Below are positions 52,640-64,000 of a stretch of 64,000 bases of DNA, piece after piece; position 1 is the stretch's first letter, and every line of letters starts with the position of its first letter. Below the pieces are notes generated by a model. The model was not told the origin of the DNA, ran no database searches, and saw nothing but the letters and a program-made list of their open reading frames with translations. Location of the stretch: contig OX597833.1 in assembly GCA_951406725.2 (NCBI GenBank), forward strand, positions 38,998,001-39,062,000, in the 5' to 3' direction. Source of the DNA: Octopus vulgaris. Lineage: Eukaryota. The position numbers and the translations under genes are program-made.

Positions 52640-52890
52640 TATGTTGTGAAAGGTAGGAGAGTCCAGTTTGCTGGACATTGTTGTAGAGCTGAAAAAGAAG
52701 TAATTTCTACTCTTCTCCTCTGGAAGCCATCTACTCGCAATACCAGAGGGCTCACACTCTCCTACCCTGATGTAATCTCCAGGGATACAGGCATCCAGCA
52801 ACAGGACCTCCGTAATGCTATGATGGACCGTGAAGTCTGGCGTAACATAGTAAATTCCATTGTCTCGACCACGGTCGAACAATGATGATG
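52640..52890 (+). mobile_element. RTE LINE 3' end, 5'-truncated
   Basis: RRVQFAGHCCRAEKEVISTLLLWKP...SYPDVISRDTG...AMMDREVWR*, followed by (tga)n tail. Confidence 0.85.
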
Positions 52891-52949
52891 TTGCAAGGAT
52901 ATTTTTTAAAAGAATTTTCAGTAAGTCCTATACAGCTTAATTGCAAGCT

Positions 52950-54975
52950 TAAACTAAAGCTTTAGAATATGAATTACCTTTGACAAAGAAGATAGTAGGT
53001 TTGTCCTAATTATATAGAAAGGGTGAATGTTGTATACTAGAAATTGGACTTTTCTTTATACTAGCTACAGAAATGCCAAAGTTTTTGACATGACTGCTAC
53101 TCATGTTAATATCTATATTTATGATGTATGGTAATCACTTCACAATGTCTCTGGTCATTGAAACAGACATTTAAACTATTAGGAAGATTATGCTTTATAA
53201 TATTTCATTGCCCTTGTATTTATGAATTTTAGCATTTTTCTCAATGTAATGTATCATATCTTTGAAGCCATTGCCTTTTAACACATCATTGTAATAATGG
53301 CTAAAAGATTTCTTGCTAAAGGATAAGCTGAATAGGCGTTCGTTAATATTGTAAAGTATTTAAGGATTATTAGGAGTTGGTTGGAACTTATATTAATATA
53401 CTGCAATTTCTAATCAGGTTTACTATAAAGGCTGTATTGACCAATGCCTAAAACTAGAATTATATATATAAGAAAGTAACATTCTTTGATTCATATCATG
53501 TGTGATCTTAAATCTAACTCTTTGAGTATGCTGATAAATTCTTTCCTAACAACATCAAATGTGTAGCTGTTCATACTTCCCAAAATGATTAGTCCATCGT
53601 CATGGTAGAGAGCATACTTTGCACAGAAGAATTTCTTCTGGAATTAAGTTGGAGATGTACAATATTATAAATTCACAAGCTTCAGCTCCACTCTATCATC
53701 CCATGGCAACATCAAACAATTCCTGGCCATTATGTTTAATTCAAAAAGAATTATCATAAAACAGCAAATATTTTCTAGCATTATTATATTATATTAATGA
53801 CTGAATTACTAACTTGAATAAAACTTGAAGTTTTATAGCTTATTCAAGAAGGGATTATGTTATGGATAGATAAAACTTTACCATATGTAACTGCATAAAT
53901 TTACAAAGGTGCTTATTATTAAACCACTTGACAATGGATAAACTATTAGTCCTTAATGGATGAGAAATGACTTGTTTAATGTTATAAATAATGGAAGCTA
54001 AAATATTTTTGCTGGCCCTATTTATCGCGCTTTTCCCTGGATTTATCACTCTAGTTTTAGAGTTGGCAAAAATTCTTTTCATGATTTTTTGAAAGCGATT
54101 TATGGTTCATGTAAAACTGAAGTTTCTATTCTATTGTCTATTTGGAGGCTGGTAGCAATTTATTTTGCTTCTAAATTGATAGCATGGTAAGAGTTAGAAT
54201 TAATTATCTTATGGGTACTGGTGATGTTGTTGAAAATATAACTATAGAGACTATCTGTTTTGTTCATATTTCTGTTTGAAAAATCACATTTGGTGTTTTG
54301 CAATTTTATGAAAGCTCTATGTAAAATGTCTGGGAAGTTTATTCTTTTATTCTTTTACTTGTTTCAGCCATTTGACTGCAGCCATGCTGGAGCACCACCT
54401 TTAAAGGTCTTTTAGTCAAACAAATTGACCTCAGGACTTATTTTACTGAACTGCTATGTCACAGGGACATAACCATACCAACACCAGTTGTCAAGCAGTG
54501 TGGGAAACCAACACAGTCACAGAGACACACACACATACACACGTGTGCGCGCGCACACACACACACACACACATACAATGAACTTCTTTCAGTTTCCGTC
54601 TACCAAATCCACTCACAAGCCTTTGGTTGGCTTGAGATTATAGTAGAAGACACTTGGCCAAGGCTCCATACAATGGGACTGAACCTGGAACCATTTGGTT
54701 GGGAAGCAAGCTTCTTACCACACAGCCATGCTTGTCAATTGAATTTTTAAAAACTTACCTGTTACATCATATTGAGATGTTCAAACTCAAAGAGTTTCAT
54801 AACTTTCTTCAGTGGGAAGTATGTACATCAGAAATGGAACTTGTTTTTTTAGTGTTATTCACGTTCCTTTATTCAAAGAAAACATTTAATATAATTCTTC
54901 TGAAATGGTGTTTAAGTCATTATCTGTAGAAAATTTAAGGGGCAACTGTTTAATTTTCATTATTTGTAACTGTCT
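52950..54975 (-). pseudogene. Decayed Penelope-like element ORF (N-terminus, RT, thumb, probable GIY-YIG remnant); SINE inserted at 54352-54730
   Basis: Ordered motifs NNITST...INLEAK*IATSLQIDNRIE; RVINPGKSAINRASKNIL; IVKWF; FYLSIT; FDVAMG**SGAEACEF; ALYHDDGL; YINISSN...NERLFSLS; LSKVIHILK. Confidence 0.8.
54352..54730 (-). mobile_element. CORE-like SINE
   Basis: Same family as 32102-32516. Confidence 0.85.
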
Positions 54976-56700
54976 GTGGACAGTGCTCGACAAATTCAGG
55001 AGCAAGATGTAGATTGTAAACACAGAGAAAAGTGTCCAGTACATAAAATAGAGTGTGTGCATATTTTATTAGGAGCTAAAGCTTCTTGTATCATAACTGA
55101 ATTTCATATTGCTAATTGTTCAGATGATGGAAGAAGGGAGGCAGTATATAGAAGTATAGCTTGCTCCAGCAACAGATCTGGCCTATAGTTTTCAGATGGT
55201 TGCTTACAGAACCTACCAGTTGTTCTCTACTTTCCTTCTTCAGACCATCTTTTGTCTCTCAGTCAATCTAGCATTTATTCTGAGATCATTCACTAGTCAT
55301 TAGTCTATGTTGAGTGATATACATTATTCACTGCAGAAAGACTTAGTATCCATAACCATCTGCCTACCCTGTTTTATAATGAGACTGAAATTTACCTGAC
55401 TTGTGTGCACCTGATTACAAAGGGATCAAGTGGGTCCTGGCTTCCTGAAGTCTGTGTTGTGGATGGTTAGCTCACAAAATTTCAGAAGCATTAGTTCCTT
55501 TTCATTTCTCAAACTATATCCTTAGTCACCTTATACACTGGAGTAGCCATAATGGGGTTGCCCAATATGACCGAGCCACCAGTCAAAATATTAGTATTGT
55601 TATCATTTATTACTGAGATGGTTCACAAAAGGGGTTGCATAAAATCAGTCCTTTAGCTTATTAGCCAGTTCCAATTATGGTGTGTAAGCAGAGAAAAACA
55701 GTTGCTGTTATTTTGCCTACAACTAGTTTAAATTTAATTATTCAATCACATAATCTACATCAAATTTTTTTATTGTTTCTTAGTATGGCTATTCTATGTA
55801 AACCAAGATTGTTACTAATTCAGAAAAACTTGTACAAGTGTTCTTTTTGCTTGTAAGGAATCTGGCTGGGGTTCTTTCCTCATAATCACCCCCATGAATA
55901 CATGCACACACATACATACACATCATTTACATGTATATATAGTTAAATTACTAAAACCAATGAAAGGGTGTATATATATATATATATATATATACTGCTT
56001 CTAGTCTCTTATCTGTGTGTGTGTGTCAGTGTTTTAATGAAAAGGGAAAAAAATTTGATATGACTCACCACAAATTCATGGAATAATTGCAAGTATTTTC
56101 TTGGAGTAAAATTTCTTTCCAAATAAAACTAATTCCATTATGAGTTGATAAAATTGTTTATTGTATAAAAAAAAAACATAACGAAACAGAACAAAAGAAA
56201 AACAAAACAGCAACTGAATCTTAAAGAATTGACCATCTTGTTTAATAAAATATAATCTGATGCTTCCCTCCTCCCTCCCACATAAAACTCATACAAAAAG
56301 TAACATAAAGTAAAAAATAAAAAACAAAGAATCCATGATTAATTGACAAGAAATGGGAAACCTAAACAAAGCAGTTTGAGATGTGGTGGTGGTGGTGGTG
56401 GTGGGGTAGGTCTGTTTTTTTGCATTATCTCCCTCTTTTTTTGCATTTTCGATCCCTGTCTTTCTCTCTTGGCCTCACTTCTTTTATCATTTTGTTTTTA
56501 TCTATCGCTACTTCTCTGTTCAACTGTTCACTTTACTTCTTTCCCTTTCTATCTTTCCATACACTCTCTCCATTCTCACTCTCTTCCCTCTCCCTCCCTC
56601 CCACTTTTTTCTCTTGCTCTCCATTTCCCCTTCCTACTCGCTCTAAAGTCTTCAACCTCTCACTTTATTTCTCCAAATCTTCCTCCCTCACAATATTTCC

Positions 56701-56789
<89 letters not shown>

Positions 56790-57195
56790 CTTCGTTTAAT
56801 GTCCGTTTTCCATGCTAGTATGGGTTGGATGGTTGGACCGGGGTCTGGGAAACCAAGAGGCTGTACCAGGCTTCAGTCTAATTTGGCAGTGTTTCTACAG
56901 CTGGATGCTCTTCCTAATGCCAACCACTCTGTGAGTGTAGTAGGTGCTTTTTATGTGTCACACCGGCACAGACACCAGTCAGGGCGACACTGGCATCAAC
57001 CACGTTCGGATGGTGCTTTTTACGCGCCACTGGCATGGGTATCACAACTACAATTTCCATTTGATTTTTATTTTGATGTTGATGTACTTGCCTTCCAATC
57101 CAAGGTAAGCACAGCAGGCCATCCTGCGAGCCATGAACTCACTTCATTTGTCAGGTCTTCACAGCCACAGCATATCTCCAGAGGTCTTGGTCTTT
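56790..57195 (-). mobile_element. RTE-tailed SINE-like element
   Basis: Colinear with 12585-13145 and 30020-30442. Confidence 0.8.
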
Positions 57196-57196
57196 C

Positions 57197-57236
<40 letters not shown>

Positions 57237-57256
57237 ACACATATATATATATGCAT

Positions 57257-57292
<36 letters not shown>

Positions 57293-57419
57293 AATATACA
57301 CACACACACACACACATGAGGGGGTGCTGAAAAGTCCCTGGTTGTCAAGGTATTGTGAGAGGCCTTGTTGGTGGCTCAACCTTCTGAGTTCTTTTACAGG
57401 GCTTAGAAAAACTGAAGGG

Positions 57420-58082
57420 CCATATGATACAGCTTTTCCTTCAATAGCCATAAATGCCTTACTAACATTGTAACATTACACCTCTTTTGGATCTTAAAAG
57501 ATGACCTATGTTTGTTTAACCTGGTCTTGAATGTGACTTCTGAGACTTTAAAATATCTCTGTACCCATGTTGGCGTCAGTATTGTTTTCTTACCATCTCC
57601 ATCTTATACACAACAGCCTCTGCATAACATTGTTTAATTAGTGGGTCTCATTGTTAATGCTATCATGAACCCAAGGGGCAGCACTCCAGAAGTTGTGGGT
57701 AATACTGTTTATTAGCAGCCATTTGTATGTCGTATTACCTCCCTTATATAAATTCTTTTATCTTATCTGAAAAGTGTAAAGATCACCAAAGTTTTTAAGA
57801 CCACATATATTTGAATTAATTTAACACTGAATGGGAGTAGGAAGCTTATAAAATCTTGGCTTGGTAATGAAATTTCAGAGGTTTACTTTGAAGATTTCCA
57901 GTTTTTTGATCTCGGATGGAAACATTTTAGGCTTAATTAGGAAATGCTTATAATCTGGAACTGGTTGTACATGGTTATGGAAGAAGGTCTTCCATATTAT
58001 ATTGTTGGTGAGATAGATGATCATCTCCAGTAACTTCGAAGTGTAATGTTGATGAGGAGGTGTTGCTATATTTTTAACACTT
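57420..58082 (-). pseudogene. Second Penelope-like remnant: N-terminal region joined to GIY-YIG region, RT core missing
   Basis: SVKNIATP...YTSKLLE...IIWKTFF...LEIFKVNL; YKWLLINSITHNF...INNE; then SEVTFKTRLNKHRSSFK...VTMLVRHLWLLK. Confidence 0.65.
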
Positions 58083-58099
58083 TTACTCTCTTTTTTACT

Positions 58100-58512
58100 C
58101 TTTTTACTTGTTTCAGTCATTTTGACTGCAGCCATGCTGGAGCACTGCCTTTAATCGAGCAACTCAACCCCGGGACTTATTCTTTGTAAGCCCAGTACTT
58201 ATTCTATCAGTCTCTTTTGCCGAACCGCTAAGTGATGGGAATGTAACACACCAGCAGCGGTTGTCAAGCAATGCTAGGGGGACAATCACAGACACACAAA
58301 CATACACGCACGCACACACACACACATATTTATATATATACATATATACGATGGGCTTGTTTCAGTTTCCGTCTACCAAATCCACTCACAAGGCTTTGGT
58401 TGGCCCGAGGCTATAGTAGAAGACACTTGCCCAAGGTGCCATGCAGTGGGACTGAACCCGGAACCATGTGGTTGGTAAACAAGCTACTTACCACACAGCC
58501 ACTCCTGCACCT
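58100..58512 (-). mobile_element. CORE-like SINE (OR2-like)
   Basis: Same family as 32102-32516. Confidence 0.9.
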
Positions 58513-58749
58513 ATATATTTTGTGTATATTTCTTTTTGGTTAAATTTTATATTTCTTTTTAGTGTTAAAAATCCAAAGACTCTGCGTCTTGTTGAGTGAA
58601 TATTTTCTTTTGAACTTCCAGTACAAGCAAACCTAGCTATACATTTTCAAATGATGAGTATTTAATTACTCTTTACTTGTGTGAAAGATTAATTGTTAAA
58701 GAAATTGTCCAATAACTTTTGGCTGTATGTAGAGCTACATTTATAACAG

Positions 58750-59085
58750 TGTATACAAGGACCAACTCAAAGCAACACTGAAAGCCGCTGGACTTGAGCC
58801 TAAATCATTTGAAACATGAGCCTGAGATTGTACCAAGTGGCAGTGTTCCATCACCATCAGAGCCAAAAACTCAGAAGCCACCAGAAAAACAAGAAATCAA
58901 ATGACAGGAGAGAAAGGTTTGACAAAATAAATCTCATCCTCCGTCAATGTCCCATGCAGTCAATGCCATTGACTCTTCTATGCAAGAATTGCTCGACTTA
59001 GTTATCAATGCCATCACAGTAAAGGAAGTGTCCAGCAAAGAAACTAAATTCTCAGATATGAGATAAAGCCAATGGCAGTGATGAA
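58750..59085 (+). mobile_element. RTE (BovB-like) LINE 3' remnant
   Basis: YKDQLKATLKAAGLEPKSFET*A*DCTKW...CSQCH*LFYARIARLSY. Confidence 0.7.
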
Positions 59086-59855
59086 TATACCCACTCTGTT
59101 ACCTTATGTACTGAGTGTGCAATTTGTTCCCTGAATTATGAAACATACTCAAAAAACCTATATCATCATCATCGTCATTGTTGTCGTCAATGTCCTCATC
59201 ATTGTCATCGTCGTTGTTGTCGTCATCATCATCATCATTGCTATTTAACGTTCATCTTCCATGCATGCAGGGTAGGACAATTGACGGGAGCTGTGTCTGT
59301 TTTGGCAGGAATTTTATGGCTGGATGCTCTTCCTGACACCAACCACTCTGCAGAGTGGACTCAGTGTTTTTTATGTGGCACTAGCACAGATGAAGTTAGA
59401 TTTGGCTTGATCTTTATAGTTAGAGGCCCTTCCAAATGTCAACAATGTTACAGGGTAGACTAGATGCTTTTAACATGGCACCAACACTGGCAGGGTAACC
59501 AAGTTCCTCATAAGACAAGGAATTATGAGAGGGGCAGGGCATTTGAGGAGGGGAACTTGTGCCAGAGGATAAAAGGTTAGAATGTAATAAAGAGACAAAG
59601 AGACAGAAGCAGGTGTCTTGCCACAACAGAGGGGACAAAAGAGCAGATGATCCAGTATCAATTGATGAAAGGTCCTTGTATACATATATACATATGTATA
59701 CACACACAAATATACATGCATACATATGTTCATATAGACTCATACACATACGAATACATACATATAACACACACACACATACTAACCCTGTAAGTCTTAA
59801 CTGCTATGAAATGGTAGACCCTGAAGAGATATTTAGCATATTGTAAAAAAATCTG

Positions 59856-60176
59856 AAGGCACGTGGCTTAGTGGTTAGGGCATTCAGCTTACGATCATAA
59901 GGTAGTGAGTTCAATTCCTGGTTATGTGTTGTGTCCTTGAGCAAGACATTTTATTTCATGTTGCTCCAGTCCACTCAGCTAGCAAAAATGAGTAGTACCT
60001 GTATTTCAAAGGGCCAGCCTTGTCACACTCTGTGTCATGCTGAATCTCCCTGAGAACTATGTTAAGGGTACACATGTCTGTGGAGTGTTCACCCACATGC
60101 ATGTTAATTTTATGAGCAAGCTGCTCTGTTGATCAAATCAGCTGGGACCCTTGTCATCATAACCGACAGAGTGCTC
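59856..60176 (+). mobile_element. tRNA-derived CORE-like SINE
   Basis: A box tggcttagtgg, B box gagttcaattcc, core gtgtccttgagcaagac. Confidence 0.85.
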
Positions 60177-60182
60177 CACCAC

Positions 60183-60231
<49 letters not shown>

Positions 60232-60239
60232 CAAACACA

Positions 60240-61950
60240 CCCATCTTTTGGATGGTTTAAGTTGCTTTGGTGGTATTTTATCACTTTGTTCCAGATGCCA
60301 CCTGAACTCAGCAAGCTGTTTGCTCAGTAAATTTGAAGGAATCGGTGTTCAGCATTGTTAACAAGAAGAACAGAGCCTATCCAATGATAGGTTTGTCCCT
60401 GAATTTTGAACATTGGCATATTGGAATCTTTATGTATGGGTTTGTGACTGAAACTTGTCATCTGGAAGGTAGAGTTATAAGCACGAATTTTCTGTATAAA
60501 TTGCAGTGAATCAGGGTGTTGACCAAGGAGTAAAGAGAGGAAAGACTGAGGAGTGTTTAGTAGATCAGGCAAGTGAACCTTTCTGTTTGAGCAACATAGG
60601 CCACTGGATTCTCCAACCCACTTGAGAGCCTTGCAAAATGGACATATTACAGTCTTTTGATGAGTGGCATGATCCTTTGATGTCCATTGGCTACTCGATG
60701 GCTTCCAGAAGCCTTCGAGTGAACATTAGACTGAAGTCTCATCATCTGATGGTTATCATCATCTGCCAACCTCATGGAAGAAGTGGATGCAGTGTTGCAT
60801 GCCTGACGGATAGCACTCTCTTCTGGGGCTTCTTTGGCCCTCATGGCAGAAGTGGATGCAGCATTGTGTGCCCGACTTTTGTGGGGTTTCTGTGGCCCTT
60901 GCATCAGCAGCACACACTTGATAGGTTTCATGCTTCTCTGGAGCAGTTGCAGCTCTAGCAGCGGCAGCTCTTTTCAACAGTTTACAGGACCCTGGTCCTC
61001 AGTTTCCTTAGCCTGCCAGTGCTGCTGCCTTGCTGCTGCAGAAGACTTTCTGCCTATGCGTGCTCTCTATTCAGGGAAAAGGAAAATAGGTTTTAGTGCA
61101 CCAAGTGATTATCGATTCTATTGTAAGCTAACAAAAGCCCCTTTATCCTGTCTTCCCACATAACCTGCACATAAAGTAAAATGCCACAAACTGAAATTGG
61201 TATGGAGATTTCTGAAAGATATGTATAGCTTTTGTTAGTGAAAGCAAAACTCTTATTTAAAGGGTGATTCTTGAAATATCATAATGGATGGGTAAATAAG
61301 CATCCTTAAAGTGAAACAACACATTGGTAGGTAAACAAAAGTATTAACAAATAAAAGAGAGGAAATGGAACATCACCTTTCAATTAACTCAGAACAGGTA
61401 AAGGTAAGCTTGCCAAAGTTTAATGCAGCTTAAATATGGAGATTAAGATTGTTTGGTATTGGATATTCATCACGTACAGTGTTCCTAGTCAATTTAATCA
61501 GTCAAAAATATTCTCTAATGCCAATATATGATGATATAGATTAAAAAAATATGGAAGACCCTACATACAAAAAAAACTATGTACATACAACGAATTTCGA
61601 AAATCTTTTAAATTATCATAAAAATTTATTTGCATGAAAACAAAATGACAGCTTCCAAATCCTGTTTCCTGACTGAGTTACCACTCAGGTGGAGAGTCAA
61701 AGTAAATAAATAGACAAAATCCTTTCACTTTTATAAAAAAAATTTAAAAAGCATGGAAGACCCAACATACAAAAAAATATGTCCATTTACATTCATTTAT
61801 GTGGGAGCTCTGGGCAAAATGTTATAGTGCATGAACATACTTGGGACATAAGTGATGTGTGTGTAAAGTTTGGAGAAAATCGGTTGAGAATTGTGGAAAT
61901 GTATGTGTTAGTTATTATACACACACACATACTGCGATTTATATATACTA
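60240..61950 (-). mobile_element. 5' part of an autonomous-type Helitron (RepHel N-terminus), truncated
   Basis: CKALKWVGESSGLCCSNRKVHLP...FIQKIRAYNSTFQMTSF...FKIQGQTYHWIGSVL...FLQIY (60324-60640); upstream repeated RA.ETP/EAP units; Helitron-like 5' terminus near 61850-61950 (this extent is less certain). Confidence 0.75.
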
Positions 61951-62044
61951 TATATATATATATATATATATCATCATCATTGTTAAACGATGATGATGAT
62001 GATGATATATATATATATATATGTATACATTATTATTATTATCA

Positions 62045-62258
62045 AGGCATTCAACTGGCAGAATCATTAGCATGCTGGACGAAGTGCATAGTGATATTTC
62101 ACCTGTTGTTCTGAGTTCAAATTCTGCCAAGGTGGACTTTGCCTTTTGTCCTTTCAAGGTTGATAAATTAAGTACCAGTGAAACATTGGGGTCGATGTCC
62201 TTGACTAGTCCCATCCTGCCAAATTTCAGGCCTTGTGCCTTTAGTAGAAAAGATTGTT
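62045..62258 (+). mobile_element. Meta/Nin-like SINE with (ATT)n tail
   Basis: ctggcagaatcattag...gagttcaaattctgccaaggtggactttgcctttt...gataaattaagtacc. Confidence 0.85.
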
Positions 62259-62280
62259 ATTATTATTATTATTATTATTA

Positions 62281-62600
62281 GACTGGGGTAACTTCTCCAG
62301 ATAATATAGAAGCAAAAAAACCTGTGGAAGACACACAAGATGTCAAAATATCATTCACTTGATGACAATGGCAAAAAAAGAAGAGTGCCATTGTCATCAA
62401 GTGAACGATATTTCAATACGAGAATGGCACTATTCCTTTTTTTTTTTGCTTCTGTATCTTCTGGAGGAGTTACCTCAATCCTATAAATATTAACCAAAAT
62501 GAAGTAGATTGACAAGTTTATTTTTTGAACCTGTGGAAGACACATGAGATATTGAAATATCGTTCACTTGATAACAATAGCACTCTTCTATTTTTGCTAT
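62281..62600. repeat. Rearranged element with nested inverted and direct repeats
   Basis: 62281-62320 inverted at 62441-62480; 62346-62373 inverted at 62386-62413; 62319-62373 direct at 62528-62582. Confidence 0.8.
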
Positions 62601-62725
62601 TATCATTATTGTTGTTGTTGTTGTTGTTAGGACTGGCAAGTCAGAAGCCTAGTGCAGCCTCCTGGCTTGCAGGTCCTCAGTCAAACTGTCCAACCCATGC
62701 CAGCATGGAAAGTAGACGTTAAACG

Positions 62726-62778
<53 letters not shown>

Positions 62779-64000
62779 TTAAAACAATTTGATTTGGCCT
62801 CATGCAGCTAAAGTTAAATGCACACACATTTATAAATACATAGCTGTAATTGGATCAATCAAAGTAGATGACTACCATATGTAGGACTCAATACGAATTA
62901 TGAGTGAAAAGTTTAATTATGTCTTTGTAAAAAAGTCTGTACTTTGATACATTGCTTTGCTATCCAATGGTTTTGTGTTTGATCTGTTGCATGATATACT
63001 GGACAAGTATCTTCTATAGCTTCAGGTTGACCAATGCTATGTGACTGAATTTGGTGAATAGAAACTACATGGAGACCTGTCATATAGACACACATATGCC
63101 CACACATATATGTGTGTATACACACGTGTGTTTATGAGTGTTGCCTTCCAAATGTCCTCTCATTGAAACTGCTTGAGCCGTGGCATGTTTGTTTATATCA
63201 CACATAAAGAGTACAGATGGTTGCAATCTCCATGATAGTAACTTCTGTTAATATTCCAGGAATGTTATGTATAAAGGTTACACATCTCTGAAGACTTGAC
63301 AATACATTTTGTATATGTAATTTACATTATACAACAAACAGTCATTATCAGTTAATAAAAAATACGTAAAATTGTAGCTAAATATTCTATATATAATCTC
63401 TTGTGTTTTGTTTTGTTTTTTACATGTACTCAGTGATATACCCAAATTTTGAATTCATACCAAATGATATGAGGACAATAGCATGAGCACAGTGCACATG
63501 AAATTCTATATATTGGTTATTCATCATGTAATTTAAATTTTAATTCACACTATACATACACTCACACACATACACACGTAAATATGTATATATACATATA
63601 CGCATATACACATATATATTAGGCATAAGGTCAGGAGGTATGAGATGTGAATATAGATTTATTTAACCATGTAACTTCTATAAGATTATGTGGGCTGATA
63701 ACCGAGTCCATAGGAGGGGCTTACTGTGATAGCTGCATGATTATCTGAATCCATATCTTTGACTCGTACTTGTTGACTCCAACTTATTCAATTATATATG
63801 CATGTATGTATGTATGAATGTAAGTATGTATGTATGTATGTATGTGTATACCATATCATATTTTATGACCATTTTTGTTGCACTTCCTCTCGGTCTATCA
63901 AACTATCTTCAAATTATAATAAACAAAACAAATGAAAATAACTAAAATGAGTCAATGGAACAAACTTCAATAAATAAGTTATGGAGTGATGTACTGAGCG

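Noticed and set aside
56799-57473. 224-aa ORF
   Set aside because: Chimeric read-through of antisense SINE, microsatellite and MITE sequence

Overview
AT-rich, repeat-saturated eukaryotic DNA. The repeat families and microsatellite style suggest an octopus or other coleoid cephalopod (inference), probably intronic or intergenic. I could not support any host protein-coding gene: nearly all listed ORFs are translations of (TA)n, (CA)n, (ATC)n or (AAT)n tracts or of SINEs. The window holds many tRNA-derived SINEs of 3-4 families and decayed LINEs (RTE, CR1, R4/Dong-like). It also holds mariner, hAT, piggyBac-type and Helitron remnants, and two decayed Penelope-like (PLE) coding regions. The most interesting signal is a family of about 357-bp non-coding elements with terminal direct repeats, each carrying a complete type I hammerhead ribozyme (6867-7293 and 46951-47355, plus an inverted arm at 6691-6868). 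The two copies share length and conserved blocks, but their ribozyme helices have different, still-pairing sequences. The inverted arm stops almost exactly at the predicted cleavage site. This looks like a retrozyme / non-autonomous PLE system, with further minimal-hammerhead PLE termini and candidate PLE partner remnants in the same window. All calls were made by eye, and repeat boundaries are approximate.
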